This document shows, one piece after another, positions 31,761-40,301 of a stretch of DNA of 64,000 bases. A program made the translations under genes and the position numbers. Position 1 is the stretch's first letter, and every line of letters begins with the position of its first letter. The stretch covers positions 1,211-65,210 of the forward strand of contig NZ_JAIXST010000034.1 of assembly GCF_027484545.1 (NCBI RefSeq), in the 5' to 3' direction. Origin of the DNA: Runella sp. GTDB taxonomy: Bacteria > Bacteroidota > Bacteroidia > Cytophagales > Spirosomataceae. The notes under the pieces are model-generated. The model was not told where the DNA came from. It saw only the letters and a list, made by a program, of their open reading frames with translations, and made no database searches.

Positions 31761-32168
31761 ATGAACCCCGAAAAAATGAGTTGGGAATATCTATCTAAGT
31801 ATAGTCAGTTTTTGAATTATATCAGTACTGAGCCCGAACTTCCTGTTGCCTTAACCCAAATATGGGATGAGTACTATAATTTTACTGTTAAATTGCTCGA
31901 ATTCGGCCACAGTAAAGGAATCGCAAAGGAAGATTGCGAGCTTTACTTAAAATTACCCAAACCTCAAATGTATGATATTGTGCGAATGGATTTGGATATT
32001 TTGCAGACTCAGACCTCCTTACTGCTCTTTTTAATCAGCCATTACAGAGTCCATTATCTTCAGGAAAGAAAGGAGTACCTTTTCGGCCTTAAAATTGCTG
32101 ACATGACCGAGGACGAATACAGGGATCTTGTAAAAATTATTAACATGAGCGAAAAATACAGGAAGTAG
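31761..32168 (+). CDS. Hypothetical protein (135 aa)
   Basis: Clean ORF following the protease; no recognised motif. Confidence 0.6.
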   Translation: MNPEKMSWEYLSKYSQFLNYISTEPELPVALTQIWDEYYNFTVKLLEFGHSKGIAKEDCELYLKLPKPQMYDIVRMDLDILQTQTSLLLFLISHYRVHYLQERKEYLFGLKIADMTEDEYRDLVKIINMSEKYRK

Positions 32169-32182
32169 CCCCTAAACGATTC

Positions 32183-32329
32183 TTATTTCTGGAATTTCCA
32201 CAGAAGCACCAGTACAACCAAGACAACAATCCAAACCCACCAAGGGGTTTTCTGAAACATTTCACCCATTAAATTGGGAACTCCCTGATTGGAGCGACGA
32301 GAAGGCGGGGAATAACGTGAACGTGCCAT
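32183..32329 (-). CDS. Putative small membrane protein (48 aa), below the ORF-track cutoff
   Basis: Hand translation MARSRYSPPSRRSNQGVPNLMGEMFQKTPWWVWIVVLVVLVLLWKFQK. Confidence 0.65.
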   Translation of the reverse strand: MARSRYSPPSRRSNQGVPNLMGEMFQKTPWWVWIVVLVVLVLLWKFQK

Positions 32330-32399
32330 ATCGGTGTTTTTTAGATAAAAGTAGGAAGATTAACAAAAGTAATCGTGAGTTTTTATCTGTCCGCTTTCG

Positions 32400-33677
32400 T
32401 TAATAACGTTTCAAAATTTTCTCCGTCAAATCTTTCGCCAGTTTTTCTAAATCCGTTCCTAATTTTTCTTTGTTGACGGTCAATACCTGCCTTTTCATTT
32501 TTTCGGGTAAATGATCAGCTCCCCAATACGCCCCCAAAATGCCGCCTGCAATCGCGGAAGTAGTATCATTGTCGCGACCAAGATTCACGAGAAAAGCCAT
32601 GGTTTTTTCAAAATCAAAATCGCAGAACAACAGTGCCGTTATTACCTGTAAATAAATTTCTCCTGCGTGGAAGGGCATATCTTGGGTTTGAGCATCCAGA
32701 AGTTCAAACGCTTTGTACATGCGCGCCATGAAAAGCGTGTCGGCGTTAAGATTTTTGGGTAAGGGGAAGTTTGAAAGAGGGATGTCTTTCTTTTGAAGTT
32801 TATTGGCTTCCGAAACAATCAATCTTGCTTGTTGCAGAATTCGGTAGGCCGAACGCCCCACTAATCTGCTTTTGAAAAAATGCTGCGGGTCAATGGTTCT
32901 TGCTACGTTGATAATAGTCGTTTTTGAAGGATTTTTACGCATTGCTTCCGACGTCATTGCGGCTGCTAAACCGCTGATATCTCGGGCGTAGCCGATGTCA
33001 AAAAGGCTGATTTTGTACATTTGTCGGTAGGCTTCCGTAGGGTTTTCAGGATAAAAAGCCCCCACGGCAGGTGCGTATAGCAGTCCTGCACATACCATTT
33101 CACCCCCATAAAACCGACTCAAAGAATCGGTATAGGCCGCGTAATTTTTTTCAGCAAAAGGCTTAGCTACCCGTGCCCATTCCTGCAACCAAGCCATGCG
33201 CATGAGATTCATTTCATAAGGTTCGGGATCAAAACCTTCCGTTTTTTTGAGTCGTTTCAGGTCGTTTTCGTATTGTTTGACCAAATGTGCCGCAAATTGA
33301 CCTGCGTCTAAATCGCCTGAATTGGCCTGAGTGAGTAAAAATTCTATTGTCAATTTTTTCCAGCGAGTGTCGTCGGTGGTGCCTCCTGCGGGGAGATTAT
33401 ATGCCCACGTTCCTTCAGCTGATGGTGCACGAACCATTGAATCCAATCTATCCACAAATCCGTATTCGAGTTGAATAGTGGGGCGCAGCCACATTTCGGT
33501 AGGAGCTCCCATGGCATCACCGATGGCTGAACCCAACAACATTCCGAAGACTTTGTCGTAGAGTTCGTCGCGGGTAAGGGAAGATTTCGAAATGGGCGAT
33601 TCAACGGCATTATTTGGCTTTTGTGGCTGGCAACTCCAGAGGAGGGCGGTAGAAAATAAAAGTAGAAAAATTCGCAT
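32400..33677 (-). CDS. ADP-ribosylglycohydrolase family lipoprotein
   Basis: Lipobox LWSC; GSAIGDAMGAP, GTTDDT, GRDNDTTSAIAGGILGA. Confidence 0.88.
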   Translation of the reverse strand: MRIFLLLFSTALLWSCQPQKPNNAVESPISKSSLTRDELYDKVFGMLLGSAIGDAMGAPTEMWLRPTIQLEYGFVDRLDSMVRAPSAEGTWAYNLPAGGTTDDTRWKKLTIEFLLTQANSGDLDAGQFAAHLVKQYENDLKRLKKTEGFDPEPYEMNLMRMAWLQEWARVAKPFAEKNYAAYTDSLSRFYGGEMVCAGLLYAPAVGAFYPENPTEAYRQMYKISLFDIGYARDISGLAAAMTSEAMRKNPSKTTIINVARTIDPQHFFKSRLVGRSAYRILQQARLIVSEANKLQKKDIPLSNFPLPKNLNADTLFMARMYKAFELLDAQTQDMPFHAGEIYLQVITALLFCDFDFEKTMAFLVNLGRDNDTTSAIAGGILGAYWGADHLPEKMKRQVLTVNKEKLGTDLEKLAKDLTEKILKRY

Positions 33678-33766
33678 AGAAAAATCCTGTTTTGCTAACT
33701 GGTAAATATACAAATTTCAATGCTGTGGGAGGAATATAGTACAAATTTGTGCTTGTTTTGGAGGAT

Positions 33767-36466
33767 TTATTGCCCGGAAGCCTGTTCACTTTCAGCTACT
33801 TTCTTTTTCCTAACGCCAAAGTTATCAATGTCTTTCTCCTTGGAAAGCAGGAACTCAAGAAACGATTTGTTTTGAAAACGACAGGTTTGCATTATACTAA
33901 CTAAACGGAGGTAATATAGTGTTGTACTCTCAAATAAAGTACCTGATATTTTTCTCTGAGTACAAATATGTCTTAATGCTCTTTCTGCTGAATTGTTATG
34001 CCAATTAACGTTGTCATGATCTAAAAAAGTGAATAAGTGATTTCGATGTCGGATGAACCTTTTTTGATAGAGACTACAAAGTTCTGATTTATAGGTTTTA
34101 TCATCAATGTGACTTTTATAAAATCTATCTATATATTTTTTGTATTTCGATAGAAAATGTTTTTTTAACCCGTGTTTATGTACAGTTTGGATAATGGGTA
34201 CAATTAAATTCCGAACCTCTGAAACGAAACATTCGTATTCTTTGTCAAAAGGATTATCCCATAAATCATTGTTCAAATCACGAATGAAATGAACCCAACA
34301 TTTTTGCTGAGGGCAGTCAATATTGTCATAACCAGCGTAAAAATCAGTAACCAAAACACCCTTGTAGTTTTTAAGAAATTCATCAGCTAAGTTCGATTCT
34401 CTATTTTTTGAGAGCCTTAAAATAACATATTTATCATTAGTGAAAACCCAAACATATTGATTCTCCCCACGAATATTAATTGAGGTTTCATCAGCATGGA
34501 CAAAGGGGCTGTCTAATAGTTTTTTGACTATATTATCTTCTGTTTCTTGGTAAAAACACCCTAAATTTTTTATGAAGTTAGAATAATTTCCTTCACAACT
34601 CATTTTTTTGCCAAAAATTGACTCCAGACATTCTCCGATTTTTGAATACGGCAATTGTAGTGAGACCCTTTGATAAATTAGCCATGCTTTGAAATTATGG
34701 CCATAAATTTTTGAACGTTCCAAATAAAAAGAGTGGAAATGCATTTTGTGGCACAATTCGCAATAACCTCTAAACCCTTCATATTTCACAACACTTTTTC
34801 TAACTCCATTTTCAGTGAATACAATATCTACAATTATTCTAATTGAAGTTGTTTGGGTAGTAGAAAGTTTGGTTTCTGGGTGTTGAGGGCAAAATTCTGG
34901 GTGATTAATAAATACTTTTTTGGTAATTTTAGGGGGAGAGAAAGTCACACCTATTCTTTTTTGTTTTACTCGTTCAACGACTTCTTTATCAAATGAAATT
35001 TTGGATTTATTAGCGTTATTATGAGCTAATTCAAGTATATTTTTAAACTGATTATGAACACCTTGACTAATTTCAGAAGCTATTTTCTTAGGATTTTGAA
35101 CAAATTCTACGTCATTTGAAACAGTTGCCGTTGTTTGGATTCGGGTCAATTCATCGGTCAATATTTTTAGGGCTAAACAGTCTTCTTGGTTGTAGTTCAG
35201 TAAATCGTCTTTTCGTTTTGTTTGGCCTCTTTCCCACTCGTTACGCCAACTAATCGTTTGCAAACCGGAAGCCTTTTCATCTGTCCACTTCACCCCCAAT
35301 GATTTGCCTAAATCCTTCAAACCGTTTGAGTAAGTTGGGAAGTAAATCTTCCCGTAAATGAACGAGTTGATGTTGACAAATCGCTTTTTGATGCTCTCAA
35401 TGTTGGTTTGATGCTTTTTGGCTAACTTTTCAAATGCGGATGGCTCAAACGTGCCGTAATGATAAATAGGGCTTTCGGGATAAGAGTCAATCAAATGCAC
35501 TACTTTTTGCCAATTTTCGCTTTCATCTTTTGGACTATCAACCCAAAAAGAATAATGCTTGGACTTTTCGTTCTCTACAACCAAAACACCAAAAAGGTAA
35601 TAAAAGCTGTCGTCGGGTAAGCCCTCCATGTCTAAAAATAACTCAACCGGTTTTCTATCAATACTTGGCAGCCGTTGGATATACGTTTTTTCAGTACGAA
35701 TGGCAAGTGCTTGTAATTCGGGTTTGTAAGAGATAGGTGGATTTTTTACTCGTTTATTTCTACGGCGTGGTTTGTAAATAAAGGAAAGCTGTTTCACGGT
35801 AAAAATGCCCTTTTTCTCCAGCTTACTGATTTGCTTGATGGTAATTCGGTCGAGCAAACTCAAATTATCCTCTTTTTGGGCTTGGGTTTTGCAGAAGGTT
35901 TCAAACGAACATTGACTACAATGCTTATTCAAAAGTAATTTTGGGGGATTGGCTTCAAAGTCCTGGATTTCGGCTACTACGGCTTTGATTTGCTTTTTTA
36001 GTTTACTTAGTTCAACACGATGTTTTCCACCACTTTTATCAATAATTACTCCCTTTTCAGGGAATTTATTTTGAATTTTTTCGAGCAAATAGCCTAAAAA
36101 TGCTAATTCTAAGCGGTTTTCTTTGGAGATTAGGTTCGTACCCAGAAATAGAGCAGGCTCATAATAGAATTTTCCCAAAGCTGATTTTCCTTCATTTTTC
36201 ACCAGAATCGGACTTTCAAATTCAAACCCCTCAATATGCTGTCTGCAATGGCGAATTACCTCAAAGCCTTTCTTTAAAATACCGTTATTATAACCTTGAA
36301 TGTCGGGAGATTTTTGTAGATACTCCTCGAATGCCTGATTTTGAAACGACTGAAGCAGAGTCTCATAATTAGTGAGCTGGTAAGTCTCGGAAGAATTGAG
36401 CATTAAAAATGCTTTTCGAGGACAGCGGAGATAAGCAGCTATGTGCTCAGAAGTGATTGATTTCAT
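33767..36466 (-). mobile_element. Fusion protein: TM0106/Cas4-like domain + HhH + DEDD-type (RNase_H_2-like) exonuclease + IS66-family DDE transposase
   Basis: YLRCPRK and HCSQCSFETFC; LFLDMEG, HYGTFE, LLNYNQEDC; IS66 motifs HADETS, YVWVF, LVTDFYAGYD, QKCWVHFIRDL, NNSAERALR, RKIS. Confidence 0.85.
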
Positions 36467-36560
36467 GGACGTTAAGAGGGTTTAGAGTTTATATCATCTT
36501 AACGTTAATAGGCTTAAATCAATTGTATTTTCATGATGTTCACTAACTGTTATGCAAAAA

Positions 36561-36607
36561 AAGCGTCGGTCGGTTTGGAACGGGATTGTCCAAACCGACC
36601 GACGCTT
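36561..36607 (-). terminator. Hairpin terminator, near-duplicate of the sdhB terminator
   Basis: 19-bp perfect arms AAGCGTCGGTCGGTTTGGA / TCCAAACCGACCGACGCTT, followed by a T tract on the minus strand. Confidence 0.85.
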
Positions 36608-36720
36608 AACATCGTACCGTTTTTAGAAACCACATTATCTGAAGTATGATGCTTGACAACTGGCCTGTAAAATAAGATACAGGTCAGGTTTCGATGTGTA
36701 AATGTAAGGGAAAACCTAAC

Positions 36721-38030
36721 TTACTTCCACGCTTTGTTCCTTCCTACAAACCACACGAGCTGAATAAAATTGAACTCCATTTGATCAAACATTACTTTCT
36801 TGCCTTCGGCTTTAAGGTGCAAGTTGGGGGTGTAACGTAAGTTGGTACGCAGCAGCCAAGTTTCAGCACGACTGATACGGATATCCCAGCCAAAAATAAC
36901 TCCAAGTGCTAATTTTTTGGCCTCAAAGGTTTTAACATTGCTGCCATCGGTGTCTGTAAACCGTAGATCCTCGTACGCAAGCGTAGGGCCAACGTAGGGT
37001 ACAAAGCCATGATAATCACCCAAAAACTTGTAAGTTTCGAGGGTATAAGAACGGCGTTGGTAGTTTAACTTTACATCATAGCCACTTGAACCATAGCGAA
37101 GTCTGCGGTATGAAAGTCCCACATTCAGGTCCAACTTATGAAAATACCGTCCTGCCGCCAGATCAGGAATGAGAGTTCCGGGATTTGATTGCTTCAAAAA
37201 TGGGTATTTGTCTTTGACATATTCCGATTTGCTTATTTCAAAAGTGCCTGACGGGCCAATTCCAGAATACCAACAATCCAGACGGTTTTTGGCTCCCAAT
37301 TTCTTTACGCCTACTTTCATGTAGCGTTCTCCACCTTTAGAGGCAAGCCCGCCGTTGGTATTTATCCAATACTCAAGCCTACGTTAAACGCCCACGGAGA
37401 TAGTGCTAGGGCACCGTATTGAGTGCGGGAAATGGGGTACTGATACTCCATATTTTTTTTGTAATTGACGCCTGCCTGAAACAATAGTTTTTTGGTGGCG
37501 TATACCACCCCTGCTTGATAAGGAAAAATTGTTTTAGCCACAGAGGGCACTGTTTTGTAAGTCTTGTTAGGGTCATTGGACACTTGAGCAAACCCAAGTC
37601 CTTTGAGCGACATTCCAACGTAAGGGCGAAGTTTACCTTCTTGAATAGCCCAAGGAAACACCCGAAAACCCGTCTCTACTCCTTCGCTATACGATACATT
37701 TCTGAGTTCTTTGGGTATCACTTTTCCAAATTTTGCGACAGGAATGGCCACGTAAAAATCAGCGTGTCCCCAGAAGTGTGTACCACCCAATAAAATCCGA
37801 GGCGAAGTTGTCCCTGAAAAATTAACCGATTGTAAACCGCCTTGTGTGGCGTATTGAGTAGTGCCACCCGAAGTAGTAAAAGCATCTACTCCAAAGTAAG
37901 ATTTAGCAAAAGAAGTTCTGATTTTAAGCCGCTCTACCGTTGTATCTTTTTCAGCGGTTTGAGCAAAAGCAGTCAGGTACGAGAGGAATAGGTAAAATAA
38001 AGTGGCTGTACTTTTGAATAAGGCTTTCAT
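36721..38030 (-). pseudogene. Outer-membrane beta-barrel-like exported protein split by one frameshift (ORFs 37362..38030 and 36721..37320)
   Basis: Signal peptide on the first ORF; the second frame is open upstream of its ATG as EYWINTNGGLASKGGERY; adding one base near 37370 fuses them into about 436 aa; both halves carry RPYVG / VPYVG. Confidence 0.65.
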
Positions 38031-38080
38031 AAAAATAGGCGTTTATGTTTTGATTGACACAAACGTAACAACCTAAAAAT

Positions 38081-38160
38081 TCACCCACAAAAAACAGGGG
38101 TGATGACCCCACTTTTGGGAAGAATATCCCGTTTTAGGGCTAATTACCCCTTTTTGGGAC
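38081..38160. promoter_or_regulatory. Four ~21-bp-spaced direct repeats, candidate LytTR operator
   Basis: TCACCC 38081, TGACCC 38104, TATCCC 38125, TTACCC 38144, each followed after a short spacer by GGG. Confidence 0.5.
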
Positions 38161-38171
38161 AAATGACAAGC

Positions 38172-39032
38172 CTATTTTTTGAAATATTCTTTCACTAAAT
38201 CGGTATAGCGACGGGCGACGGGTAGGGTGCAATCCCAATTTTGAAGCTGTAATTTGTAACCTTGAGCGTTGCCTGATATGGCAGTCACTTGACGCAAATT
38301 GATGATATAGGAACGATGGCAACGAGCAATAGGTGGATACTTGATTTGCTCCTCAATCCGACTTAGACTACTGCACAGCAATACTTTTTGAACTTTGTTT
38401 TCCTTCCAAAATACCACCTCCGAATAATTGTCTGCCGATTCGATAAACAACAGTTCTTCCGTTTTCACAATGAGAGTATCTTTTTCATTTTCGGCCAAGA
38501 GCCTGATTTCATTCTGTGGTGTAGGATTCGTTTCGATAGATGCCTCAGCACTTTTTACCAACAGGGAATCTGTAGCGTATTTTCTCAGCAAACGATTGTA
38601 ATTCACCAGCGTAATGACCGTGGCAGGAATAGTTCCAATGGAGGCTGTTATGCCCAGCCAAAACAACATACCTCTTAAATTAAAAATCCTGCCAAAAAAC
38701 CATTGGCTGTAAAATATATTCCCAAAGGTGATTAGGAGAATCACCAATACATTCCAAACAATCTCGCGGCCTACTGTCCAGTTTGCTTCTGAATACCAGT
38801 TTTTAAACCAATGAGGAACGATATAACTAACCAATGTTAGCCCCACAAACGTAATTACCCCGTAGCCCCCCTAAAACAAATGCCTTTCGGGGGTCTTGCC
38901 ATTCGGAAGTACCAAATGGTTGAAAAAAAATCAAAAAAAACTCACAAATAGCCCTGCTCCGGTCGCAGCCAATAGCCAATGACGCGTTGTGAAATGGTTG
39001 TGTGGGTAGGGTTGTGAAAAGTAGGATAACAT
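38172..39032 (-). pseudogene. Membrane-bound LytTR family regulator with two compensating homopolymer frameshifts
   Basis: LytTR domain (FIESADNY, RCHRSYIINL, LPVARRY) in ORF 38172..38846; ATG 39032 is in the same frame but hits TGA at 38931; T9 instead of T8 and G5 instead of G6 restore ...SFFLIFFQPFG...LGGYGVITFVGL. Confidence 0.8.
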
Positions 39033-39043
39033 AGTAAAAACCT

Positions 39044-39092
39044 AAAAAAAGCGTCAGTCGGTTTTGAACGGGTTGCCCAAACCGACCGACGC
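39044..39092 (-). terminator. Intrinsic terminator of the sdh operon
   Basis: GC hairpin followed by T7 on the minus strand, 20 nt after the sdhB stop. Confidence 0.85.
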
Positions 39093-39111
39093 CTAATGTA
39101 GCATGTTTGTA

Positions 39112-39876
39112 TTATACTTTATCGGAAGAAACCTTCGCTCCCAAATACTCGCGGTTGAGGCGGGCGATATGTTCCAAAGAAATTTCTTTCGGACATTCAG
39201 CCGAGCAGGCACCTGTGTTGGTACAAGCTCCAAAACCTTCTTCGTCCATTTGAGCTACCATACGTTCTGCCCGCATCGTACGTTCAGGCTGACCTTGAGG
39301 TAACAGGGAAAGTTGAGATACTTTGGCCGATACGAAAAGCATGGCTGAGGCATTTTTGCAGGCTGCTACGCAGGCACCGCAACCGATGCAGGCAGCGGCT
39401 GAAAAGGCTTCGTCAGCAGCGTCTTTCGCGATTGGAAGGCTGTTGGCATCCTGTGCGTTCCCTGTATTGACCGAAATATAGCCCCCTGCTGCCTGAATAC
39501 GGTCAAAAGCGGAACGGTCAACGACCAAATCCTTGATGATCGGAAAGGCTTTGGCGCGCCAAGGTTCTACCACGATGGTATCCCCGTCGCTGAAACTGCG
39601 CATGTGGAGTTGGCAGGTTGTTACAGCATCTTTTGGTCCGTGTGGGCGGCCGTTGATGTACATGCTGCACATACCGCAAATACCTTCACGGCAGTCGTGG
39701 TCAAAAGCGATAGGCTGTTGTCCTTCGTTGATGAGTTGTTCGTTCAAAACGTCGAACATCTCCAAAAATGACATATCGGGTGAGATACCGGTGAGTTGGT
39801 AGGTCTCAATTTTTCCCGCTGTTTTTTTATTTTTCTGACGCCATACTTTGAGGGTCAGGTTCATATTTCCTTCCAT
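39112..39876 (-). CDS. sdhB: Succinate dehydrogenase/fumarate reductase iron-sulfur subunit
   Basis: [41 protein letters not shown]. Confidence 0.97.
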   Translation of the reverse strand: MEGNMNLTLKVWRQKNKKTAGKIETYQLTGISPDMSFLEMFDVLNEQLINEGQQPIAFDHDCREGICGMCSMYINGRPHGPKDAVTTCQLHMRSFSDGDTIVVEPWRAKAFPIIKDLVVDRSAFDRIQAAGGYISVNTGNAQDANSLPIAKDAADEAFSAAACIGCGACVAACKNASAMLFVSAKVSQLSLLPQGQPERTMRAERMVAQMDEEGFGACTNTGACSAECPKEISLEHIARLNREYLGAKVSSDKV

Positions 39877-39880
39877 TTGT

Positions 39881-39893
39881 GTTATCCGTTATC
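39881..39893. repeat. GTTATC heptamer pair at the 3' end of the four-helix gene
   Basis: GTTATC at 39881 and 39888; contains the gene's stop codon. Confidence 0.7.
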
Positions 39894-40265
39894 TGTACTT
39901 TTACGCTTTTTAAGATAATTGATATAACCATTAATGAGAGCCAGACATTTTTCTGCCTGTGTATCAATTGATTGTTGTTCATCAATAGTAATATAATTTT
40001 CTTCAAGTGCAATCATAAAATGGTCTTGAACTTCTGTAAGAGAACCCCTACTAATTCTACAAAACTGAATGTTTTCCTGATAATTATACCTTCCAAAACC
40101 TTCAGCAATATTATTAGTAACAGAACGCAAAGAGCGAATAAGCTGATCCGTTAATCTATATTTTTCATCTGCGGGAAATCCATTCAAAAGCGGTTTTGCC
40201 ATTTTTCGAAGCTCGACGCCTTCTTTCCAACATTTTAAATCTCGAAAAGAGCGAATTTCATCCAT
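39882..40265 (-). CDS. Four helix bundle protein (23S rRNA IVS protein / TIGR02436-type family)
   Basis: [45 protein letters not shown]. Confidence 0.92.
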   Translation of the reverse strand: MDEIRSFRDLKCWKEGVELRKMAKPLLNGFPADEKYRLTDQLIRSLRSVTNNIAEGFGRYNYQENIQFCRISRGSLTEVQDHFMIALEENYITIDEQQSIDTQAEKCLALINGYINYLKKRKSTDNG

Positions 40266-40270
40266 TTTCG

Positions 40271-40297
40271 GATAACTGATAACAATTAACGGTTAAC
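40271..40297. repeat. GATAAC-type heptamer array upstream of the four-helix gene
   Basis: GATAAC 40271, GATAAC 40278, ATTAAC 40285, GTTAAC 40292; exact 7-bp period. Confidence 0.8.
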
Positions 40298-40301
40298 TTG
40301 T

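Noticed and set aside
33695-36549. 7-bp direct repeat CTAACTG at 33695 and 36543 with GTAA just inside the left copy, as a possible IS66 target duplication and end
   Set aside because: The right end does not mirror GTAA, IS66 duplications are typically 8 bp, and a 7-bp match between two ~90-bp flanks is expected by chance about half the time
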